From NCBI GenBank assembly GCA_040285825.1, contig JAUPSS010000005.1, forward strand, positions 1,550,001 through 1,614,000: 64,000 bases of DNA, written 5' to 3'. This stretch comes from Eukaryota sp. TZLM1-RC (lineage: Eukaryota > Protista > Metamonada: BaSk clade). The position numbers and the translations under genes are program-made. This document shows positions 21,130 through 32,580 of this stretch, one piece after another (position 1 is the first letter of the stretch; each line of letters starts with the position of its first letter). The notes under the pieces were generated by a model. It was not told the DNA's origin. It made no database searches and was given only the letters and a program-made list of their open reading frames with translations.

Positions 21130-24100
21130 AAAATGATCCTGTTAAGAAAGTTTGTTGGACATTGTCCTGAAATTGCTGATGATCTTGTTCTTTTTTTCAA
21201 CAATCTTCTTACGTTAAAAATTAAAGTCCCTTTTGAGATGACCAGTGCTCGCTTAATTGCCCTCAAAAAAAAGTCAATCCAAAATCCGTCCAATTGCAAT
21301 TGGAGAATCGTTTTCAAGAATTCTTGCGTCTCTTGTTTTCAATAGAATTGGGAAAAAAGCCAAGGAATTTTTCAGTCCATTTCAATTTGGAATCAAGACA
21401 ATTGATGGTGCTTCTTCTGCTGCTCTTTCGTCGGATGTGTTTTTTAATTCTGGTGATTCTAATTACATCTTCAATTTAGATTTTAAGAATGCTTTCAATT
21501 CTGTATCTCGTTCTTCCATTTTACCTTCGCTGCAAAAGCATTTTCCTGAAGTTGAGCCTTTTTCAAAGAATATCATTATATTTTCTACGAAGAATCAAAT
21601 AAAAACAAAACAAACTAAAACACATAAGAAACTAAATTCTCCACGCCAACTCTTGATGAATCCTTATAAAGTTTGGACATCATTAAACTCAAGTACTTGG
21701 GAACACTTCTGTACAAAGCGAAAATGATACGATTTTTCCATAAATTTTCTGCAAAATTCTTACCACTTGAACGACATAAATCACCAAAATCATTGAAAAA
21801 ATTCAAGGCGGATTGTCTAATGTTGCCAGAAATCGAAAAAAGCAAAAGGAACAAACGAAAACTTCGAGTAAAGATTCTTATTTAAATCATTTATTATCTC
21901 AGTATATTTGTCTCTCTTACGATCTTCAGCCTTGTTCAAATGCCCATTAGTACTAAGTAAAACATCATCGCGATAAACAAAAGCAAAGGGATCAACTGTA
22001 GTGAAATCAACAACAACTTGAGAGGAATCCACAAAAGGAGCAATTAAATCACCTCGACGTGAATTAAACAGATTATCATCACTATAATGCTTCAACAAAG
22101 GTTCTACTTTCAACTAAAATTGTAACACTTGAACATCTCATATGTCACATCACGAACGGCATTATGAAGAACTGACCTATATTGGAGAAATTTCTTACAG
22201 CTCACAATATGACGGAAATTAGCAGTAGGTTTTTTGTTACAAATACAATAAGAATTGTCCAAAAGACCACTTGGATACATCCCTAATCTCAACCGCATGT
22301 TTTGTTTCCAAGCTTCATTTGTTAAGTGAAGACCAAATGGCCTTAATTGCTGAGATATTAAACTAGTACAGTTCTGAATGTCTGATAAAAAGGTAGCAAA
22401 GACGGGATTATTAATCTTAGTCACACTAAGTCGTTTAGAAAAATCCAAGTCTTCAAAACCAATAAGAACAGACTTCTGTAATTTCACAACAGCAAGATGA
22501 AGATTGGTGAAAGATCTCGAAGGCACAGCAGGCAAACTTGAAGGAAAACTCCTATTCTAAACATCAACAGGTAGTTCTTGCACCATTTTTTCAAGAGAAA
22601 TTAATAAAGGATGTGATTCATTCAAAGGAATATGATCAAAACGAAGTTTCCATTCAAAAAGAAAATTTTTCATACCACCAATGAAAGCGCTTTTGCATAA
22701 ATACTCTGCTTTTGAAAAACCAACTCCACCAAATTTAGGACTAAAAAATGCATGATAAGGAATTTTAGATGGACAAACTTCTACTAAATTTCTTAAGAAA
22801 TTTGTTCTCAAAGTATTAAATTGATGTGCAAAATCATGAGAAATTGTGGGAGATAAAGAACGAAGAAGATGATTAATTTTTGATCCAAAACACACATTTA
22901 GGACCGAAAACGCTAAATGTTTGTCAATTTCTAGATCTTGAATAGCCAAAAGTTGCTCTTCGATTTTTTCCAAAATACCTGACAAAATCGATTTAACTTT
23001 TTCACAATTTCCAAAATAAGATCCAAGAAACCGAATAGCATCTTCCTCGTAATCAACGTATTTGATAGAAGTTTCATTAAATGCCACCTCCGCATTCTGA
23101 TTACCAATAATGAAACACTTGGGCAATTTAATATCTAACCCTATTTGTTTGGCCAGAAAAACAAAATGTTGTAAACCGTGTTGTAAAAGAGACAAAGGGC
23201 CGATAAGTGATAAATCATCTGCATAAGCACATATATGAATGTCAGGAAAATCCGACTTGAATTTTACCAAAACTGATTGCAGTGCTAAGCAAAAGAAAAA
23301 TTGGACCCAATGGATCCCCTTGTTTGACGCCTCTTGACGAAGCAATATTCTCAGAATGAAAAATCAAGTTAGAGGGTGATCCATACATCAATTTAAAATA
23401 CGGCAAAAGTGGAGGATAATGTAGTTCAAGTTCTTGCAAAATACTGGAGCGAAAAACCGAGTTGAAAGCATTTTTAAAATCAATGTTCAATAAATAATTT
23501 TCGCCTTTTTGATGAGCCTTTTTCTATTTATTTTATGGAAAATCATCCACATTGGTCTATGAAAACTTTGACCTGCTTTCTTCTTCAGGTGTTAAACAAG
23601 GCGATCCACTTAGTCCTTTTTTCCTTTGCCTGGCAATTCATCCATTAATGTGCGAATTAAAAGAAAAATTCCCAGAAATAGATATTGTAGCATATATGGA
23701 TGACATTTCTGTAATTGCTCCTATTACAATTCTGAAACAAATAGCAACTGTTATTCAACAGCGTTATGAAGATATTGGTCTCTCATTGAATATCTCCAAA
23801 TGTTTGATTATTGGCCATGAACCAATTGATTTTTTCATTAATGATGTCAATGTCCCCTTTATCAATTATGATCAGTCTGGTTTTCGTTTTTTGGGTTGTT
23901 ATCTCGGAAATATTGAAGAAGTCAAAAGCCAACTTTCGACTCTGTTGACTCAATTTGGAAATGAATTATAATCAATAGAAAATTTAAATATTGAGAAACA
24001 TTTGAAATTCTTTTTCCTAAAAATCTGTTATTCTGGAAAATTTACTCATATTTTGAGATCAACATCACCATCAATTTCGTTGGAGTTTTGTCGCATTTTT

Positions 24101-25391
24101 AATGAACAAAGAACCAATTTTTTAGTAAAATTATTGGAAATTGATGCATCTCAGTTACGAAGCCACATTTTTTGTGGTACAAATTTTGGTGGTGTTGATT
24201 TTCATAAATCAAGCTACCTTTGTAAAGCTGCCTTTATTGGAGGTGGGAAGAATTTTATTTATGAATTTGTGAATCGTTTTCCTGAAAAAATTCATCTCAT
24301 TGAAAATTGTGGCAGTTCTTATCTGATTTCTTTGCAACAGGAAATTGAAACTCTTTCACCCAATATTTGGGCTAAATGTTTCCCCTCTGATATTGTGGAA
24401 CTTCCTTCAAGAAGCTTGCTCTCCTTACCACTGACTTTTGCAAAATTGCAGAAAAAAATCTTGAAAGTTTTAGAAAACTTGGATTATATTGTACGTCATA
24501 GCATGGCTAAGGAAAAAAATCCCGCTTTTGCAAACTTTTTGATTGATCTTGAAGACAGTAGCTCAAGTTGCCTAATCTCCCAAATTCCCAACAATTATGG
24601 CCTTCTACTTAATGATCACCAATGGACCACTGCAATGAGAATGAGATGTTTTCTATGGCCTTGTTCATTACCAAATGATTTAATTTGTCGCTGCAAGAGT
24701 GTTGTTACGCTTTCCCATATTTTAAACTGTAAGTATTTTATAACTTATCGCTCAATTGTTCATGACTCAGTTCGTGATCAATTATATGCCATGTGCAAAA
24801 GTTTCAATATAGAGGCATTTATTGAGCCACTAGTACGTAAGCTGTCTTCAGATCAAACTGATGATTCCTTTGGTAAAAGAAGGGCAGATTTAGTAGCTCC
24901 AGGGATCGATGGTGTTCTCAATGTTGTAGATGTTGTCTCAGTTGATGTTTGCAAAAATTCTGCTGCTCGTTTATTGTATTCCGCTGATTCGCCGTTATCT
25001 AACGCCGAAAAAAGAAGATAAAAGAATATGAAGAACCTTTGGCACAGTTAGGTAGAGTGGAACATGTGAAATATCAGTTTGTGCCGTTTGCAATTTCTCT
25101 TTTTGGCAATATTGGACCTTCAGGGTTGCACTTTTTTGAAAAGTGTTACTGAATAGGTCTGGTAAAACAATGAACTTCACTTTCTGGATAAATAGAATTG
25201 TTTTTTGCATGTTCAAGTCTATTCCAACAATGATTTTAAAGGCGCTTTTAGCTATTGGTGTAGAATATGAACGTAATGCTGTGAGTAGATTCAGTAATAG
25301 TGACGCTTGTTTGGAGGATATTGAATTCTAGATGGGTGTTTTATCTCAATAATTATTTCAGTTTTAAAAATAAATAAATAAATAAATAAAA
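21130..25391 (+). mobile_element. 5'-truncated RT+CCHC+RLE non-LTR retrotransposon, interrupted by a nested element
   Basis: IRPIAIGE, QFGI, LDFKNAFNSVSR...FPEVEPF resumes as EPFFYLFYG at 23514, then GVKQGDPL, AYMDD, CRC..HILNC, VHDSVRD, RRADL. In-frame TAA at 23969. (TAAA)n tail at ~25366-25391. Confidence 0.9.
21565..23512 (-). mobile_element. Nested 5'-truncated RT+RLE retrotransposon of a different subfamily
   Basis: IDFKNAFNSV, GVKQGDPLGP, AYADD, CIC..HIVSC, RRGDL. 12-bp TSD TGAGCCTTTTTC at 21553-21564 and 23513-23524. Confidence 0.9.
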
Positions 25392-25768
25392 GTTAAGAAA
25401 GGAAATTCGATAATGTCTAAATTATTTGAAAAAGTTTAAAATCAATTAATCAATTTATCTGAAAACAATTGAATCAAGTATTGAAGAATTACTTAAGGTA
25501 AAATGAATTGACTGAGGTCTTCAAAGAACCCCGAACTGAGCAGCAATATTGCAAAATGACCTTCAAGACTATTTCAACATCACATGTCTTGAGGTTACAG
25601 TTGGTTAATTCAAAATGATCTCTTTTCACCTCGTGCAGTTTGAATATGTTTGATAGCTGCGTTGCTAACCAATTGTTGAAATCTGAAAACAATTTACAAA
25701 ACAAAAAGATATCAAGAAAACACTTACAGACTTAACGTTTATACATTATCAATACACAAGATCAAGAA

Positions 25769-26177
25769 TTACAAAGGACGGCGAATAGAAGTCTTTGTTG
25801 CTGGTTTGGACTTCATTACCATGGTGAACTCAACTTCATCATCAGTTTTTCGGTCAATGAAAATCTTGAATCGGGGGGAAAACCAAAAAAATGGAAGGAG
25901 ATGGTGAATCTTCTTCTCTATGTCAACTGCATCCAGGTATCTCTCGCCTTCCACGTCAATATGTTTAGCAGCTTCCTCTGCAAGTTGATATTTGTATTCT
26001 TTTGAGCCAAAAGACACTTTGTAATGAACGAATACAAGAACAAGTAGGAAAACACCAATATAAACGGCTGCTGTAACCTTACAGAAAAGAGATGGTGAAG
26101 GAGCAGATGGTTGTTTGTTTGGTTCGCTCTGCAATGAGAAACAACGATTGCCAAACGTCTGTGAGGAGAGATTGCAT
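25769..26177 (-). CDS. Small single-pass membrane protein, 2 exons
   Basis: MQSLLTD|SEPNKQ... joined by a 28-nt GT-AG intron at 26129-26156. One TM (VTAAVYIGVFLLVLVFV). Confidence 0.65.
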
Positions 26178-26281
26178 TGAGAAAACCGTAGTCGAAAATC
26201 AATTGTTGAACTTAAGAATTCAATTTTTTAATAACAAGAATCTACTTTGAATTTCACTTGTCATGCATCCCTGTGATCACT

Positions 26282-27440
26282 CCTGTTTTCAACTTTCTCA
26301 ATATCTACTCACAGGCTGTAAGAGACATGTAGCGTCTTTCATGATCTTCATTAGTGGGCTACCCCAATTAAATACATCTACTACTTTCACAAACCAAAGC
26401 CTCGTGACTTGTTGTATCTAAGTGGGTCTAACGAATGCTACTAAGGCCTTTATAGATCTGTCTCAAAAGTTTTTCAAAAGTTTTAATTTTTCTTCGTTCA
26501 GGTTCCTCATTCATCTCCTCCACAGTGATTCTGGGCAAATGTCACTTTCCCGCCACAATTCCGCTTTCTTCTTAAGTTGCATATTTTTTGCAGTGGAAAT
26601 ATCTGTCATATTGTTGCCGTTAGGCATTAGGCTAGCTGGGTGTTAGTATAGATATATGTGTCAGGTGAGTTAGGATAAAGGTAATTTTATTTAATGTTAT
26701 TCTATATATACTTAGGTACTCACTAGTGAATATTCTCAGCCATGAAACAACTGGAAAGTTTGATTGTATTAAATTTATTGGTTAACAAGTGCTTCACGTC
26801 CTTTTGATAACACAACCATCTTTTTAAAAGCCCTTTCTGATCCATATCGATTGATTTTTCGGCAATGAGAAGGAAAATTTGCAGTGTCCAGAGCAAGGCA
26901 GAGTTTTTCAGTATGTCCAGTCAGCCTTTGAAATTTGTTGAGGCTTTCTCGAAACCGTCTCTCTTTTCATCTGCGGTTATCAAATTTAAGTATTGTTTTT
27001 TGGGGATTACTTTCCAAATACACTTTCCTCCTGACCGAATTGCAATGGTTCAAATATTGGTTGAAATTTTGAAGAAAACATTGGTTGAAGAAGTGTTTAC
27101 TGGGTGAACGTTGTTTCATGCATCTTCTGCTAGTTGGACAAAGACATTGATTATCATTTAAAAAGTAACCACATAATCTAGATTATCCCAGATCAACGCC
27201 GATAAGGGTCTCTTCAGGTATAATTTCTACTGGATGTCTACGTCTTCGACGGGGAATTTTTTTAGTACCCTTCAACTGTACTTCTCTGGTTTTGTTGGCA
27301 TCATGGTCACTTTTATTTCTTTTTTCAATCTTCGTTTCTTTTTAGTTGGTTCACCCAGCTCATCTGTGTTTGCTGAGTCATTATTTTTACTTTAAAAGGT
27401 CAAAAAATCTTAATTTTCAATGAAACAATTTTTAAATCCA
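26282..27440 (-). pseudogene. Fanzor family A copy 2 (decayed) with omegaRNA-like region
   Basis: Colinear with 7683-8793. Contains stops, small deletions and an LTR-like insert. Confidence 0.85.
26612..26729 (-). mobile_element. Partial LTR replacing the Fanzor Zn-finger segment
   Basis: Absent from copy 1; homologous to 20746-20932. Confidence 0.55.
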
Positions 27441-27469
27441 CATTACTGATTATTTTGATTATTTATTTC

Positions 27470-27750
27470 TTGTTTTCATTCCGTTTGCAATTTCGATCTT
27501 TGGAAGTATTGGTAAGATAGGTCATAAGTTTCTTGATTCTTTTGCCAAGTTATGTCTTGAACATAACAGATTATTTAACATCTCCATTTGGCGTAATAGA
27601 ATCATCTTTGCTTTATTTCGAAGCTTTCCCAAATACTTGTCTCAGATATTCAAAAAGATATATTAAAGTGTAAGTGTGGATGTGGAGAATTTTTCTTCTT
27701 TTAAGTTCTAGCTCTTAGCTACATGTTGTCACTCTTCAATAAAAATTAAA
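27470..27750 (+). mobile_element. 3' tip of RLE retrotransposon
   Basis: FIPFAISIFGSIG...WRNRIIFALFRSFPKYLS, related to the nested element at 21565-23512. Confidence 0.75.
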
Positions 27751-29256
27751 ATTACTAATTATTTAATTTTTTCACATAATGAGAACATTTTCTGCTGAAA
27801 TTAAATTCTTGAGAATGGTATTGTTGAAATTTTCGTTTTCAACATTCATTTTTGATGACGTTGTTTTGGAAAAAGACCCCCTGTACTCTTTCTTCATGTT
27901 TTGCTACTCATTTTTGACTCTTTTTTACCTTATACATGCAGTGGGATCCCTTAAAAAAATTGGTGTACTTGCCCTAAAACCCACCACTCTCTTCCTATAT
28001 GTCCATTCCTCTCCATCGTCAACTCCTTCACAATCCAACTTTTCTCTTCTCTTAGACTCTGCCAAAATGGTTGATAATATGTATTTCTTCCACTTGTTTT
28101 ATTAAATTGTTTCACTGAAATAGAATTTGATTTCCATTTTTAAATTTTCTTCTTCTTCAAGTCATCATAATTTAAAACAATAACAACACTTAAACAAGTT
28201 CGATGAGACCATTTTATCAAAGTAGGCCGAATCGTTGTCTAATTTTCTTAGAAGAAGTGTTTCAACTAGCAAGGTATAGTTAGTTGTGGCACAAAGTGGT
28301 ACAAATTGAAAAATGTCAGCAAAAGTAGATACTATCAATAGTTAATGGAAGGAGAGCGGCATAGGATGATGAGGAGGATAAGATTACGATGAGACTAACA
28401 AAAGCTGAAAGAATTAGGGTAGGGGGTTTCCAGGGGGAGTGAGGCCAAGGGGATTATTATTCAAATTAACAGTTCACCTCAGTAAAAATTGACAATTAAC
28501 ATAAACTACTTGCAAAACTTGTGAGTCGCTGACCTTGGTGTTTTTGTCATTTTACTTTCATCAGATAAGCAAATTCGAGCTCCACTGATAGAGAAGATAT
28601 GAAAAAAACATTTTCATAATGATTTGTGTGATGGGTTAAGCGCAGTAAACATCATAATGGTCTAGGAAAGGAAGTAAGGGGTTAACAAAATTATTTATAA
28701 TTGAATCATGTCTCCATTTAGGTCTCCTATAAACTTTAGGAAATTGAAAACTTAAACTTAAATTTTACTATGAATCAACAGCACATTTCTTGATTGACAC
28801 CAAATCACATTTTGGGCTGCTGGGCTCCTTCCGAAACTTCAAATTTCAACATAAAACTAAGAAAACTAAAATTTTCATTCTTGGTTATATGTAGATCACC
28901 AATTCGCTCAACAAATAATAAAGTTGCATCTCAAACTGCTGTTTAATGGATTAAAAAACTATAAAAATCTCATGGTCAAAGAATTTATTGCCAACAACAC
29001 ACTACATGATTACTATCACTGGGGGCCTACCAATTAAGTAGATAGGCTTCCATTTTGTTGTTTAATTGAATAGAAACCTGAATTAACAATACCAATCACT
29101 GTGTGCTGCTTCTGATTATAATGTGTTAATCATTATATTTATATTTATATCTCAATACAAGACATTCCAATCATTTTAACAATTTTGATTGATTAGATTA
29201 CTTTGACCTATAAGAATGATTGACAAAAGTTGTTTACTTGAGATGAATAATACAAC

Positions 29257-29376
29257 AAATAAAAATAAATAAATTTAAATAAAAATAAATAAATTTAAAT
29301 AAAAATAAATAAATTTAAATAAAAATAAATAAATTTAAATAAAAATAAATAAATTTAAATAAAAATAAATAAATTT
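29257..29376. repeat. 20-bp tandem repeat (AAATAAAAATAAATAAATTT) x6
   Basis: Seen directly; lies just downstream of the ARP stop codon. Confidence 0.9.
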
Positions 29377-29401
29377 TAAAAATTCAATACAAACCAAATT
29401 T

Positions 29402-30364
29402 TTACCATCCTTTAACATGTACCACTGATGATCCCATTTCCTCATAATCTTTTCTACTGATATAAAGTTCTTCATCTTGTAGCAAATTATAAACAAAAGA
29501 AACTCCCAAAACACAACTTACAGAAAGATTTTTGGTATCACCAATCAGTACTGAATACTTATCCTTCACCGGCAAAGGAGTAACACTTCCAGTTAATTCA
29601 AGACTAATTTTCCTAGCCAAGCCCGCCAGCTTACTACCCCCTCCAATGAGGAGCACGGAGAGGGGAAGGGGTACATCTGGCGGGAGACAGGAGAGGAATG
29701 AGTGAACAAAAGGAAGAAGTTGGTCAATGAAAGGTAGTGGTGAAAGATGAGCTGCACTGGTGATTATGATTGGATCTTGACGGTCGGGAAGGTCAAAAAT
29801 AGTCCTCGAGAATCCCGTGGACTTTATCCCAACACCTTCAACAAAGCAAAGGCTTTCCTTGAGTGAGTTCCAAAAAGAGAAATCCTGTTCACTACCATCA
29901 CACAGACTTATTAGTTCAAAGGTGATGTCCCTGCTCCCGGCTTCGAGCATGGAGGTGGAAGTGACTAGACCATTGTGGACGTGTGAGATAGTGGTCGTGG
30001 TATGTCCAATGTCTAGCACAACCCCTGTATCATGAGCAATGGAGTAGAGGGCAGCTACAGGAGAGGGGAGGAAGAGTGCTGAAGTGATAGATGGGTTGGA
30101 AAAGAGATTTACCAAGGATTGTTCACGACCTTCAGGATCTGATGTAGGTGACTCAATGAATATTATTGGCTGCGTTGTCGTAATGGTAGCGGTGTCCAAG
30201 GTGCCTGTGAATGTGTTGATACATTCATGAAACGATTTGGAGGGAGAAGGTGTATAGGTAAATGAATGGTATGTACCCAGTTGAACAGCAAGAGGTTGTA
30301 GATCTTGAGACATTGTCATTAGTACGACGTCAAAGATTGGAGCATATATTCCTAGTACAGACAC
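29402..30364 (-). CDS. Divergent actin-related protein
   Basis: PSPVAALYS..TGVVLDIGHTTT, LKESLCFV, FDLPD, LLIGGGSKLAGL, ISRKDYEEMG. Start uncertain. Confidence 0.82.
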   Translation of the reverse strand: MSVLGIYAPIFDVVLMTMSQDLQPLAVQLGTYHSFTYTPSPSKSFHECINTFTGTLDTATITTTQPIIFIESPTSDPEGREQSLVNLFSNPSITSALFLPSPVAALYSIAHDTGVVLDIGHTTTTISHVHNGLVTSTSMLEAGSRDITFELISLCDGSEQDFSFWNSLKESLCFVEGVGIKSTGFSRTIFDLPDRQDPIIITSAAHLSPLPFIDQLLPFVHSFLSCLPPDVPLPLSVLLIGGGSKLAGLARKISLELTGSVTPLPVKDKYSVLIGDTKNLSVSCVLGVSFVYNLLQDEELYISRKDYEEMGSSVVHVKGW

Positions 30365-31149
30365 ACATTAAAACTCAACCAAAAACCTTGACTAATGCTT
30401 TTACCTACTCAAACCCCTTCTACCTAGAGTTGCACAAATTACGCCACCGCACTTAGGCAACGTCATGGTGACGTCTCAAATTTATCATTTCTTCTCCCAT
30501 CTTTTTGTCTTCTTTTTCCAATTGATTCAATTCTTTCATATCAAACGTTTTACTTTCTTCATGTCATCTATTTCAATTTTATCAACAAATCAACTCAACG
30601 TCAATGGAACAAATAACGAATCATCCCAGCACCCTAATCCTGTAATTTCTTCCCATGTCCGTCTTTAAATCAGCTGCCCCACTTCCTCCCGGTTGTAAAA
30701 GCCCAAAAGACCCCAAAATTCTATGCTGCCACAGTGACCACTTTTTTATTTATTCCCACACTAGAATTGTGAAACATATTACTGACGGTGGTGGCATTAA
30801 AGGCTGACCTAACCCGCCAATTACTCTGTATAATTCATTAGTTCCTCCTGTCAAACGCCGAAGAGATAATCTATCAAGACGTAATGGAAGTTTACAATAC
30901 ATATTTTCACGAATTTTTTTTTCTGTTTACTTTTTTTTTACTCAAGCGAAATTGTTAAAAACTAAAGATCAATTTCCTCAAACTCTACATCTACCATTGA
31001 AAATTTACCCACTGCATTTTCTTCATAAAATCTTCCTAGTGATAACGACGGGGTAGAAACAAGGCTATGCATTCATTTAAACATAGAAAATACAATTCTA
31101 TTTTGCCAAAAGGTTTGGTCAAATATTCTTTTCAGTTTTATTTTTGACA

Positions 31150-32425
31150 ATAGGTGAAAAATCGTCTATAAAAGATAACGCAGTTTTACCCAAGGTTCCA
31201 AATAAAGAAAAACTTTCACGAAAGTTGTGAAGCTGCTCAAGAAAAGTTGTTTGTTGTCTGTGGTATACCCTTCAACGTTGCAAAAAGTCCTTTTTTCCAT
31301 GATTTCTGGAGAACTTTCATGTGGAAAAATCCAGTCTATTCCCAATAATAGTTTAAAAAATGAGTCCTTGCAACGTTCTAAAAACGAGATTTCAAAACAT
31401 ATTGAAGAAATATCAGTTAACTGAACTTCACTGACTTTGGTTTCAGATGGCTGCACCAATTCCAACTGTCAAACAATTAACTTAAAACAAAGATGGAGCC
31501 TATCATCAGACTATCCTCTACAAAATAGTCTACAATTGATCTAATGAAAATTTCTCTCTATAAGAACGTTGTTACTGAGGTAAAATACACAATTCAATTT
31601 ATTAAAAATCGTGGTAGATCATTGGCATTGTTTGGAGAGTATAGCAAGTTGGAGCTCATTGCTCCCGCTGTTACAAGATACCAATATACTGATAATAGAA
31701 AGACTTTTGGAATGTTCACAAGCAGTTGAAATTGAAACAGTTGATAGTTTCTGATGTTTATTTTATGTGGCGAGATCAGTAAACGGCAAAACTCAAAAAA
31801 GCATGTTTGAACATCGAAAAAAGAGTTGCAAATCTTGATTTATGGCAAACAATTGAAAACGTTCTAAGGATTTGTTCCCCAATACATGATCTCATGATTT
31901 TGTGAATGATAATCGAGAATGTATTAGTTAAGTTTAATCTAGATCACAGAGTATGGTTCAAATATTTGACAACGAAGATTTAGGATTTCTCAACGATTGT
32001 AGAGCTACTATTCAAAGTCTTTAAGAAAAAATGGAAGAGGTATGAAAATGATCTTTACTTAACCTTCTTTGCACTGATCCACGAAATTTGCAAGAAAAAT
32101 TTTCTAATGATAATATGGAAGGTTTTCATAGAGGGTTGCAGAAGTTGTTGCCAGAGACTGAACACTTGGATGTTTGGCTGGAATTTCAACATTTTATCAG
32201 TAGAAAAACCTTACCTATTCAGTCTCTGCAATTCAAATGTACCAAGAAATCAAGGGTAAAAATCAGTTTATGACTATGGTGGAGATCAATGACTAATTTA
32301 CCACTTTCGAGTTCGTTTCGAGCGAAATTTGGAGTATTTGTGGATTTATCCACAGTATTGAAAGAAAGTCACGAGCGAGCTAATGACTTAGTTTTTGTTC
32401 ACAACAATATTCGTTTGCTTCGTAA
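31150..32425 (+). mobile_element. Decayed hAT transposase (DUF659/Dimer-type); continues at 39885-39950
   Basis: SDGCTN, LELIAPAVTRY, LWQTIENVLRICSPI, WWR, RANDLVFVHNNIRLLR. Many stops and frameshifts. Confidence 0.7.
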
Positions 32426-32580
32426 TGATGATCTGTGGGGGTTAGACATTGAGTATACCTTAAATGTAATTTATTACAAGGGAATGAGGATTTCCCTTAA
32501 CTTAAGCGCATGGGCGCAATAATACAATAACTATTAATAAACTATAAATAAACTATTATAAATATTATCCAAGGCTAACA
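32426..32580 (-). repeat. 3' LTR
   Basis: Identical to 39726-39880; contains the gag-pol stop codon. Confidence 0.95.

Noticed and set aside
32421-32425. LTR extending 5 bp further (CGTAA versus internal CGTAT)
   Set aside because: TG..CA termini and the exact GTAA TSD fix the boundary at 32426; likely coincidence.
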